Shown one piece after another: positions 1 through 11,329 of a DNA stretch of 64,000 bases. This stretch comes from Yuukianura sp. NJ FZ-2021. Its lineage: Eukaryota. The translations under genes and the position numbers were made by a program. The stretch spans positions 9,114,001 through 9,178,000 of the forward strand of contig CM102289.1 in NCBI GenBank assembly GCA_046563655.1. The letters run 5' to 3'. A model generated the notes under the pieces. That model was not told where the DNA came from and did no database searches. It saw only the letters and a list, made by a program, of their open reading frames with translations. Position 1 is the first letter of the stretch, and every line of letters begins with the position of its first letter.

Positions 1-17
1 CTGAAATACTATAGAAT

Positions 18-87
18 AACGTTCAAGACGTTTTCAAAACGTTCAAGACGTTTTCAAAACGTTCAAGACGTGTTCAAAACGTTCAAC
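18..87. repeat. 20-bp tandem repeat (AACGTTCAAGACGTTTTCAA, ~3.5 copies) in a RasGAP intron
   Basis: Directly visible 20-nt periodicity with one substitution in the third copy. Confidence 0.9.
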
Positions 88-110
88 TTTTTCCAAAACT
101 TGTTTTTCAG

Positions 111-745
111 AAACTCCGCAGCAAATGGCCAATCGTTCTCTGGTGATGATTGCCAAATGCTTGCAGAACTTGGCCAATCTAGTCGAATTTGTTGGAAAGG
201 AGCCGTACATGGAAGTTGTGAATCCATTCATCCTCAAAAACAAGGAGCGCATGATGGTGTTCCTGGATCATCTCTCTGTAAGTACTTTTTTTTAACCATT
301 TTGTAATTTAAAGCTGAGATACTAAAAAAATTTAGTCACAGTAAAATTTAGTAACTTAGCAAGGTCTGGTTCACAGTAAAACTTTTTCATAGTCAAGGGA
401 CTTAGCAAAGTCTCAGTCACTGGAAAATTTAGTAACTAAATGTTTTTTTGAAAATGTTATTTAGAATGTGAAGGAGCGTCCGGAACCAGAAGAAAGTCAT
501 AGATTACAAACTGACCCTGCGAGGGACATGGGGACCCTTCATCACATTTGTGTCACCAATTTCAAGGACCTACAAGCAAAGAGCAAAACGCAAGTAAGTT
601 TTGGCTCATTTTTATACGATTTTTGTGTGTTCTGTTGAATTTTGAATTTTTATTTTGTTTTTAGCCTACAATCAAGAAGTTAGCAACTGTAACAGAGATG
701 CTGAGCAAACACAAGCAAAAATATCGTGAAATGATTCGAACTTAA
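111..745 (+). CDS. RASA1: p120 Ras GTPase-activating protein 1, last three exons (111-277, 465-593, 665-745); 5' part lies outside the window
   Basis: Spliced translation ...ANRSLVMIAKCLQNLANLVEFVGKEPYMEVVNPFILKNKERMMVFLDHLS/NVKERPEPEE...RDMGTLHHICV.../PTIKKLATVTEMLSKHKQKYREMIRT* matches the RASA1/vap C-terminus (QNLANLVEFxxKEPYMExVNPFI). GT-AG introns in consistent phase. Not in the ORF track. Confidence 0.92.
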
Positions 746-1331
746 ACGACTTCTGCGTCAACAATAGCTTCTCCCCTTTCTTTTTAAGAAATCACATGAC
801 CTTTGACCTTTAGTTTTAATTTCAGACGTGTAAAGACAACAAAACAAAATTCGATTTTTTTTCGAAATGCTTTGGAATCTGCCTGAATAGTGTTTCAAAT
901 TCAGGTTTCGTCAAAGACCTTTTAGGTTTTAAAAGACAATTTTAACGTGTGAAACACATCGAACTTTTTTTTGCATTCAATGTTGAATGGTATAGTTTAC
1001 TATAAATGCAGTTGTTGTGATTAATTTAAGTCCTGAATGTGTCAATTCACCCAGTTTTTACTTCTCGTCGGTCGGAACTGTCGTAGTTTTTATAAAAAGC
1101 TTCATTTTAAAAATAATCTTGCCATTTTTAACAATTTTTATCCTCCCACTTTTTCCATAATTTGTGAATATTACCTTCCCAAACTTTGGAAATTAAAAAT
1201 GTTTTCCACGGTAATGTAGCCCAACTGTTGTGTTTAGTGTTTTTTAAAAACTGGACATTTCCAAAGTTTCTGAAAATCTGAATTTTCAATTTTTTTTTGA
1301 CACTTTCTGAGTATTAGATTTTCAGAAAAAA

Positions 1332-2361
1332 ATGGACGGAAAACTGGCACCGACTCATCGAAAAAAGCGGAAGTACATTTACTGGGACTTGTTTGCCTCA
1401 GCAGTCGTCATCCTCGTTGTCGAATTGGTGACTTTCAAAAAATATTTTCAAAATTTTGAAATTTTTTTCAATGTTTACTTATTTTCTGCAGGCGTTTTTC
1501 TTAAGTTGGACTGTGTACTACTGTATCATGCTGTGGAGCTACTACGACAATGGCGGAAGAACGACAAAATTCCTTGTGGAAGAAGAAAATGGTCACGATG
1601 TTAAAAGACCAGCGATTCCAGAAGGTGAATTCAAAATTTCGAAAATTTCCAGTATTTTCATTGGCAAATTCAAAATTTTTGATTTTCACAGATATCATGT
1701 ACTACTTCCTTTTGATCGGCCTTGTCTTCTCAATTGCCATTTGTCTTCTCTTATTCCTGGGAACTGTTTGGGTAAGCATTTTTTTTAAAGAAAATCAAAC
1801 TCCAAATTCAAAAAATTGTTCTATTTTTTTCAGAAAGATTCAAAAAAAAATCTTTCGTTTTTTTAGTTGTTTCCAGATTTTTTGATTTTGTGGAAACAAG
1901 GCACCGTACTGTCCAACACGTACTTTTTGGTTGTGTACATCATCGATGGAATCTTCAGTCGGGGCTCCTTTCCTGGCGAAATTTTGATCATCCCAGTTCG
2001 GTTTTACTTTATCTTTGTAATCGGTGCATTTGCAAAACAAATCAAAGACGATGAGAAGCATGACTACGACTACAAAAGATTCGCTGAAGACCATTTCCGA
2101 GAAACACAAACAAAATTTGTGGCTAGAAACAGAGGTCCGACGTCTTGGTTTGAAAAAATGTTTGTCGTTTGTTGCGGATTTACTGGCTGTGCGAAACGCC
2201 AAACGTACAAAATAGCCCCGACGGAATTTGCTGACAAAGATACTGTTATGCGACACATGCGCGTTGACATGGACTTGGAACAAAATTTGTCCAACACTGA
2301 AGTCGAACCGCTGGACTTGAACGAACTTGCTGCGACAGAAACTGAACAAGTTTTTGATTAG
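1332..2361 (+). CDS. Uncharacterised multi-pass (about 4 TM) membrane protein; exons 1332-1427, 1492-1624, 1692-1771, 1867-2361
   Basis: Four exons join in frame through GT-AG introns; several hydrophobic segments, then a charged/acidic cytosolic tail containing VCCGFTGC. Family not recognised. Confidence 0.75.
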
Positions 2362-4214
2362 ACAAGAACCTGATTTCCAAAATATTAGTTTTTAGTAACT
2401 AATTTTGAAACAATTTTTTCAACGTTTTTCTCTAAAATATTATAATTTTTCACAAAATTTAATATGACGCGCCTGCTTTCCATAGCGCCTGCTGTAGTCT
2501 TTCCGTTTTCTGAAATTTTTTTTGAACTTTTTTTTTTTCGTTTTTTGAAACTTCCACATGTGTGCGTGCCATCCAACAAGTAATTTGAAACCGGAAGGAA
2601 GTTGTAACGCACGTCAAGAAATGGAAGGGGAGAGTCAATAGAATTTTAGAATTTCTTAAATTTTTCTTAAAAGTTAGGTTCAAAAGACTTTCAAAAAAAA
2701 AATTCTCCTCTTTTCTTGCATTTGTGTTTCTGAACTTTTTTTTTAAGTTTTATGTTTTTGTAGTCAATCGACTTCCAAATTTTCTTGTCAAAGCTCTTTT
2801 TCTTTTGAGTTACAAAAAAAAATTGAGTTACAAGTAACACCGTAGTTTTTTTCTTCTTTTGAGAAGGCCATTAGCCTAGAAGCTTAGCTTTTTCTTTAAT
2901 CCAAAACTTATAGACTAGTTCGTGATGATTTTTTCGGAGGGCGGATTTTTCCCCGTTTGTCATCTCTCTTCCTAAGATTCCTGAACTCTGCCGTGTGTTT
3001 CCTAAAACCCCGAAGTTCCGAATTCTCAGAGGAGCAGAAGTTAGAAGTTACCCGGTTTGGCATCAATATGGACCACATCTGTCCTGCTTCTGTGCGTGTG
3101 TAGAAAAAAAGTAAGTTTTGGAAGATGCAACTCTTTCTTCCGTTCGGCAACTGCTGGAAATAGAATATTACCCGGGCAGGGGTGAACTCATCGTGTGGAT
3201 CTCCCCGAAGACGGGAGTTTTAGTACAGACTCTCCTCATCTTGCTTTCACTATATTTAGCATCTGCAAGCTCATCCTAACCTAAAAGTATAGCCTAAATG
3301 TAGCCTAACGTAACCTAAGCAGAGGATGGCTTAGGAGAAGCTCAGCCTCCGAAATTCGGAGAGAATCCTAGCAGGGGTTGTCGTCCGTCCGGAAGAGACG
3401 ACACAAACAGTCGTCAGTTTCTCCAGAATCTTTTACTTTTTCGGAATAACCTTAGTGTAAAGAAGTCATAACTGTCCTGTCACCAAGTCAAACGCTCGTC
3501 AAGAGGTTAGTTTTCACCAGTTTTTGTAACAATTTGCATCAACTTTCACTTTACTTTCACTTTTACTTTACAAGAAACAGTTGGTGAGGAGCAGTTTAGA
3601 TTTAATTTTGACTTTCGGGATTCAAATTTTGGAATTTTTTATCACTTTTGATCTGATTTGGATTTTTATCTTTTGCATCTCATAGAATGTACATAGTACT
3701 TGTATTGCGCGTCGTTTTTTCTTTTCACAAAGTGCAAATTAATGTTGGCAAATATCCAATTTTGAGAACCTGACTTCTTGGCTGGTGTCTTACATTCTTC
3801 ATACTACCTAGGTTCAAAAAAATAGTTTTTTAAAAGAGGTTTTGTTCTTTGTGGTTTGAATTTAAAAAAAAAAGGTTTTTAAAAAAAACTGGGCAGAGTG
3901 ACAGGGACAGTTGGCAATAAAGTCGTCCAAAACTTCGCACCGATTTGTTAGGTTTGAACAAAAAGTATTTTCAGTTGTTTTTTGAAGCTGGTCCAAGGCT
4001 AAGCTTGGGAATTGGGAGAGGAGTTTAAAATTTTGAAATTTGGAATTAATTGGTGTTTTTTGATTTTTGAGTTTGGACAGTGTTTGTCACCACGGTGAAG
4101 CGTAGCGGGAGTCCTTTGGGGGAGCCGCCCAGCAAGAAACGGCCTCCTCTAGAGATTCTCCCTTCAGCACGTGCCTTCTACGTCCCACCGTTTCTACCAG
4201 AAGAAGCCCTCCAA

Positions 4215-6464
4215 ATGCTCATGCCGGCAGCATATCAATCAACACCAGTAATTACAAGTGAGCAAAACAGCATTTTACAAGTATTTCTCAAGTATTTTTC
4301 AAGTACTAGCTCAGGAAGTATCCAGCATACCGTAAAACTTCCAGTAAACACCGGGTCGCTAGCAACCGTCGAGCCTCTGTTAAACGCCGGAGGCAAAAGT
4401 TGAAATTTTCACAGTGTTGCTGGGTATATTTTTGACGTTTTGTCCAGTGGATAATATATTTCATCCGGTTTTATCCGGAAGAAATGGCTGGGTTAAATGG
4501 AAGCAGTGTTGCTGGATCCACCTTTTTGGCATTTCGTCCAGGGAATAATATATTTCGTCCGGTTTTATCCGGATGAAATGAGCATAAATGGATACTTCCG
4601 GATACTTCCAACTCATTTGATGTAGGTAGAAGAAATATTTTATCCATCCGACAACACTGGATTTTCAATAAACGACAATGGCGGATATCAAAATCTAGAA
4701 TTCGAATCAACGTCTGGGTTACTACAAGAAGTTTTACGGTATTTTGATTTTCTGATTTTTGTTTACTTTAGGTCCAGCCACGGCGACTATCGTCGATACG
4801 ACCGGAATGCAGCAGCGAGATACGACGTGGACAAAACTGTTCGTTGGTGGACTGCCGTACCACACGACAGATGCTACGCTTCGAGATCACTTCAAAGTCT
4901 ACGGCGACATTGACGAAGCAGTCGTCATCACAGACAGACAAACCGGCAAAAGCAGAGGATATGGATTCGTAAGTTCCAATTTTGAATTTTTTTTTCAAGT
5001 TTTTCAAAAATTTTCAACATTTTCTTGTCCAGAATAATCTGAAACTGTAGAATACTGGAAAGGCCAGACAAAAGAATAAGTTTTCTTTTGTTTCTTTTTT
5101 GTTTCCTTTTGAAAAAGTTGTACTTAGGATAAATTCCTCTCTCTCAGCCTGGAGCAAAAGTTTAGGATTTCATAAAAAAGTTGAAACGTGAATAACTTTA
5201 AGTTTCAAAAATTTGGTTTTTAAAATAGAAATTTTGGAAATTTTGAATTGAGGTTATCATGGCGGATCGTATTTCGGCTGAACGAGCTTGCAAGGAGCCG
5301 AACCCTATCATCGACGGTCGAAAAGCAAATGTCAACTTGGCAATATTGGGAGCAAAACCAAGAGGAAACGCAAATGCTGTTGCTGCTGCTGCCGTCGCTG
5401 GTAACACATTTAAAAAATTTCACTTGAAATTTTTTTTGACACTTCTCGTTGATTTTGAACAATTTTTTTGGGGTTTGAGAGTGTGCATTTACCTTTTTTT
5501 TGCCGTGGAATTGGAAATCTATGTTTCAAAAAATGAAAATGATAACTTTTTTGCTCTCTTACCATTTTGTTTTTTGATCTGTAACAAATTCAGTGTTTTC
5601 CATTTTCTTACAAAATTTCTAAAATTTTAAAATCATCCTAGAAACATCAATCTTAAGTGCGCAAACTCGTAGGTACTTGAATATTACCAAACTAGGCCAA
5701 TTTTTAGCAGTAATGAAGAAAAGTATGTTGGCAGAGGGAAAGTCAAATGCGAAAATTTGAAATTTTGAAATTTGAAATGTTGGATTTGGTTTGCGGACTA
5801 AACGAATGCTTGTGTGTGACTTTTTGTTGTAGCATCGTTTCCTTTCGTTCGGACCGGCTACCCAGCCTCTCTTCTGGCTTCCAATTACGGGTAAGTTTTG
5901 TTTCCGTGTCCATTTTCACTAATTTTTACTTTGCAAATTTTGCATTTTGCAAATTCCAAAAAATTTTTTACTCCCACTCTTGTTTAAGTGTTTAATTGTT
6001 GATCTGTTGTTCGTGTCGTTGTTGTTCTTGACCATTTTTGCCCAAAAACTTTAAAAATAAGTTAAGTTTTATATAGAATTTTTGAAATTTTTTTGAAAAT
6101 TTTTATTTTTCTTAAAATTTGTAGGCTTCCGGCAACTGCTCTGTATACGCCTGCTGCAGCCTACCAACAAGCCATACTTCCCAATAGCACTTCACTCGCC
6201 ACAGCTTTAGCTACGCAGTTCTACGACTACCATCCGCCAGCACTTACTGCAGCGACGCAGTTCCCTGGAGCCCACTTTGGCCAGGCGACATTTGACCCCT
6301 ACGCAGCATACTTGGCCCAAGTACAAGCACAAGCACAGGCAGTGCAGCAGGGACAGCAGCACGCTGCAGCGTCTTACGCTGCCTACTTGCCAACAGCTTC
6401 AGCCAATCCCACTGCCGGAGCAGTGCTGAATCCTTATGCTCAAGCTGAGTCCAGACTACAATAA
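4215..6464 (+). CDS. RBM24: RBM24/RBM38 (SUP-12/SEB-4 family) RRM RNA-binding protein; exons 4215-4257, 4772-4968, 5253-5400, 5833-5890, 6125-6464
   Basis: [18 protein letters not shown]...[19 protein letters not shown]...[28 protein letters not shown] is the family RRM; A/Q/Y/P-rich tail ending ESRLQ*; intron phases 1,0,1,2 are consistent. Confidence 0.93.
4412..4659. mobile_element. Non-autonomous hAT-like MITE (~248 bp) in an RBM24 intron
   Basis: Termini CAGTGTTG...CAACACTG, flanked by AATTTTCA (4404-4411) and GATTTTCA (4660-4667): an 8-bp TSD with 1 mismatch. The left ~75 bp is duplicated internally at 4504-4580. Confidence 0.7.
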
Positions 6465-6516
6465 TTAAAGTAATTAAGATATCAACTGATACTCTTACTC
6501 CTGCGCACTCGCAGAA

Positions 6517-6563
6517 CATCATCAATGATCATCATCATCATCATCCTGATCATCATCATCATC
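6517..6563 (+). repeat. Interrupted (CAT)n microsatellite in the RBM24 3' UTR
   Basis: catcatcaatgatcatcatcatcatcatcctgatcatcatcatcatcac. Confidence 0.85.
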
Positions 6564-7248
6564 ACTTTGTAATCAGAAGGAAACTCTAATCTTATAAAAA
6601 CAACACTTTACTACTCAAATGCCAAAAAATACATTATATATTTAGTCAAAACACAAAGAATTAGAAAATTTAGACAAAAATTGAACAAAAGTTTAGACAA
6701 CACTTGTATTATCAAAAGCGGAATTAACGTGTAGCCATATCATAATGCTAAAATGTGCAATGAAAAAAATGGAGACTTGTGACAATTCGTTTGGTATTGA
6801 AAAACGTATCAATTTAAAAAGTGTAGAAACTTTAAGGAAAGTACTGCTAAAAAAATTAAGTCACAAAAATTCATATTAGTGAAGTAAAACACACGCTTTA
6901 GTTAAATTTTAATTTATCTTTAGTCATATTTTGGTTGAGTATTAAAATCAGCGCCAATGTAGTAAACTTATGTCATTTTTTTTGAAGGTTGGTTTTCATT
7001 TGAAATTCGAGATTTTTCAAATTAGTTTTTCCATTAGGATAATCTTTTAGGAAGAAACAGGTTTTTTCAAGGTCTTTTGCCAGAAAAATGTGGAAAACGG
7101 AAGAACATGTGAATTCGACTTCTCAAAAGTCACGTTGAAAATGAATTTCAATTTCGCCGTTTGAAATTTTGGAAATAATTTTGAAAAATAAACCTTAACC
7201 TTTAGTTTTAGTTTGACTTTACGTTTAGTGTCTTCAACCATTACTGAA

Positions 7249-8581
7249 ATGGTTTCTAGCAGCGAAATTGTTATTCCAGTTCCATGGGGTCACATTTGTG
7301 GTAAGAAAGAGCAAAATCCGGATTTTTTTCTCTTTTTTGGTGTAAATCGGGATTTTCGAAAACTGAAAACTTTTTTTTTTAAATTTTTATGCAGGTAAGA
7401 CTTATGGAAATCCGGACGGTGTACGGAAAGTGTTGGTTGTGCATGGTTGGATGGATAACTGTGGGACATTTGACCTGTTGATGCCACTGATTGTGTCGGA
7501 TAACTTGTACTTTGTGTGTATTGACCTCCCAGGTCATGGACAAAGTTCGCATATTCCTCAGGGAGCAGTTTACCACAACTATGTAAGAATATGTTCAAAA
7601 AAATGAAATTTATAAATTTGAAATTTGTGTTCTAGTGGGAATGGTTTTCAGGATGGCGTAACCTGTATTCGACGTGTTATAAATTATTTGAAATGGGAAA
7701 AATTTGACTACATTGGACACAGTATGGGAGCAGCACTTGGCAGCATCTATGCCTCTTGTTTCCCAGATGATGTAAGTTAAAAAAAAACATAATTAATTAA
7801 TATAACTTTAAATTTTTATAACTTTTTTCACAACTTTCCTTGCTTGTAGGTAGAGAGACTAGTGATGATCGACTATGCAAAGCACTTGTCGTGGGAAAAC
7901 GAGCAAGAAGTGGCTGCTTACCCAGCGTATTGCCGGGAGTTTTTGGCCATAGATAGACAAAGATCCGGGAATTTCCCGGTCACTCCTTATCCAATGTCCA
8001 GACTCTGTGGTCTCTATGTCATGGGCACCAATGGCCAAGTTAATGAATATCAAGCCAAAATCCTACTGGTCAGAACAATAATAAGTTAAACAATAATAAT
8101 ATAACAAATTATATAATTATTGTTAGTCTAAAGTTAGAGTAGTATAAACTGTAGTTTCGTTTTTGTTTTGACTTTTTCCAAATTTAGGCACGCGGTGCGA
8201 ATCAAATGGAGCCGAATGCAGACAAGTGGACTCTAAGTCGTGACGTAAATTTTCAAAAAATCCAAGTAGAATTGGTCCCAAACATTTTAATTTAAAAAAC
8301 ACTCACAGGCTGGAGTACGGAGGTTTGGAATTGTGAACCCCAGTACGACGGTACTTTTGAAAATTTTCGAATCCATGCGATGTCGTCTGATGGTACTGAA
8401 AGCAACTGAATCACAATGGGAAGAACCACAGGAGGTTTGTGACAAAGCATTTGCAGTTTACAAGGAAAGCTGCAAGTCTTTTGAATACGTGGAAGTACCG
8501 GGAAACCATTTCATTCCACTTACAAATCCTAATGCAATTGCTCCACATATCAATCGGTTTCTAGCTACCGATTTCAATTAA
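7249..8581 (+). CDS. Serine hydrolase-like alpha/beta hydrolase (kraken/SERHL family); exons 7249-7300, 7395-7582, 7652-7771, 7850-8068, 8188-8244, 8309-8581
   Basis: EIVIPVPWGHICGKTYG, VHGWMDNCGTFD, CIDLPGHGQSSH, nucleophile motif GHSMG, VERLVMID, catalytic-His region PGNHF; frame maintained over GT-AG introns. Confidence 0.9.
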
Positions 8582-9453
8582 TTTGCAAATTGTTTAAAAT
8601 TGTTTCGCAATTAAACCCCGACATTTTTGAATCCTTTTCTAATTCACTTCGTTTATCTGTTTGCCATTGACATGTTTAGTTACTTTAATAAAATTTCTCA
8701 TCAACGATACGTTCTGTAAAATTTTTTAAACAAGTTTAACTTTTCATTTTTTTTAATATGCCAAAAGATTTATTTTCTTGGAATAAGTTTAACTTTAACT
8801 TTAACTTTTCAAAAAATTTAATTCTTCCAACTTTTTAACACATTCTCAAAGAACTCATATTTGTTACTGCAATTTGGAATGCTTCAATTTCAAGGTAGCA
8901 TCTTCTCAAGTTCAAATTTCGGAGGCGCGAATACGTATTCTAAATACATTTGAAATGCAATTGCAAATTCCGAGTGTTAGTTCTGCAATGGCAATTGCGA
9001 AACATAATGGAACAAAATATGATAATACGTGATATCTCATACTACCGACGTAGTATATAATATTTTAGTTACATATTAATTTATAATGTATTTTTTATCT
9101 TTTTTATCATACAAATTATATAACATAATATGCATATGTTAATACAATGGCGCCTTTTTTTTATTACGTTCGTTCATACATCGTGCTATAAAAGTTGCAA
9201 AACAGAAATCGGAATGGCAAAACAAAGTTTTGTAGTGGAATTGCGGATTTGACGAATGACACGTAGGAGTCATATGGTTGCTTAGCTGTCAGCTGTCCTG
9301 TCAATCCAAAGTCGAAAGTTTTCAGTTAATCATGATCTAATCAATTAATTTAACATCTAATTTCCAGTTCCGGAGAACAATGATTACCGAACAACCGTTA
9401 AGGGAAAAGTAAAGTTCCGAGGATTCAACGCTGACGTGTTACAGTGAACGAAG

Positions 9454-11329
9454 ATGTTGTCGTACCGAAGTGCTAGTCCGGGATACTGGACGGTTTGGCT
9501 TCTTCCGATAGCTATATCTTTTGCTGGACTTAACGACAAGTCAATTTCATTTCTGGGGGTCATTGCTGTGAACTCCGTCATTTTGACGATATTGCACAAG
9601 AATGAAGTTGATTTTACCGTTGCTCTGGCTCGGAGTAGAAACGTTTGCCTAATCACTGGAGTCGTACTATTTGGCTGGTTTTACTGGTTTGAACGGGGTA
9701 AGTTAAAGATCAATTGATAATTAGACAATTTGTCAAGTTGGCACTAACTCTGAGTTTTTTTTTCTAGAAGATGCATACATGGTATTCGCGAATCTGTCAT
9801 TGGGATTTGCATTTCCTTATGTCTTCTACAACGTTGTCCGGTATTACCCTAAGAGTTTCACTTTCGGCGAGGCTATGATCATCACCCAGGCATTCGTTTT
9901 CGTCTTTGGACTGTGTGCAATGAGTGTCCCAACGCCTGGCAACGTCTCCATTGCGAAGAATCCGGATTTTATCATCTTGTTCGCCCAAGTAAGTCAATGT
10001 AAGCTTTAATCAGAGTTGCGCTGTTCAATTTTCATAATTTGAGGTATGTTTTCTAACAGGCTGGGTTTCTGGGTGTGATGATCGTTAGTCGCCTTTTAGT
10101 GATGTCGGTAAAGCCATGGACATTCCTGTTTACAGAAGAATTCTTCTGTGTCTGGGGAAAGTGCTGCCTGGCTGCTATGGGATACCGGCTCAGTGTCGAC
10201 GATTTGTGGACTATTCTTGGTTGGCTCGGGAAGTTTCTTCAAGATCGTGTAAACGAATCACAGCTGAATACGGATTATCTTTAACGTACCTTCGACTTAA
10301 TGAATTCTCTGTTTGTACCATTTTAGGCTCTTCTATTTTTGTACTGCGTTGTATGCTGTACAGTTGCCATTGGATTTGTACACTACAAGAATCTTTCACG
10401 GACTCAAGCTTCTACTACAGACAGAAAGTATTTCCATTTTCTAATGCTGGCGGTATATCTTCCTGGCATATTCGTCGATCGAGAGTTTTTGTACCTTGGA
10501 AGTGCAGCAATCATGTACATTTTTGTTCTCTCAGAGGTGACTACCACTCTTTTTTTTTATTTTCTTGTAAAGACGAGGTAGTAACTATTCTGAATTTTGT
10601 AATAGCTCGTTAGGGCACTCAAATTGAAATTATTTGGAACCACCATGGGAGACAAGATAGATGGCTCCGTTCGAATGTTTCGAGATCATCAAGACGAAGG
10701 AAAACTAATTCTGACTCCGCTTTACCTTCTCGCCGGTTGCTCAATGCCAATTTGGCTCATGGGAGTGGAAACACCAACTTCAATGTTGAATGGATTTGAC
10801 CTTGCTGCTTGTATGGCCGGTCTACTCAGCATCGGAGTCGGAGATACTTTTGCCAGTATCGGAGGTACAGCATTCGGAAACACACGCTGGAGAGGTAAAA
10901 GCAGAAGCAATACCAACCTTTCCATGGAATGTTGAACTTAAAACATCACATTTTAATCGATTAATTTCACTCAGGTACCAATAAGAGCTTCGGAGGTACC
11001 GTTTTTTGCCTTTCGTCACAATTGGTGTTCGTGTGGTTCCTACATTTTTCTGGTGAGAACACAAACCACTTACAGCATTTTATTTTAAAAACGTACAAAA
11101 CATTGTAAAAAACGAGAAAAATCGATGAAAATTGATTTTGAACTGATTTTTAGGAATTTGTGCATTTACTTCGCCAGTGTTGTTTGCTGTGATTTTGGCT
11201 GCCTTTGTCAACTCTCTCGTCGAGGCTCTAACTGATCAAATTGATAATTTAGTATTGCCACTCCTCACTTTCGATCTTATTCTTCTCTGTAGCTTCATCT
11301 TTGAAGTTTACAGGAAAGTTCTAACTTAA
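9454..11329 (+). CDS. DOLK: Dolichol kinase (multi-exon, about 7 exons)
   Basis: SFTFGEA, RKYFHFL, FRDHQDEGKLILTPLYLLAGCS.P.WL, GLLSIGVGDTFASIGG...RWRGTNKS, EALTDQIDNLVLPL motifs; stop TAA at 11327-11329. Start codon less certain. Confidence 0.9.

Noticed and set aside
70..306. Track ORFs 70-306 (+) and 43-252 (-)
   Set aside because: Alternative frames overlapping the true RasGAP exon 111-277.
3275..3320. CCTAA/TTAGG telomere-like words
   Set aside because: Scattered and interrupted, not a tandem interstitial telomere array.
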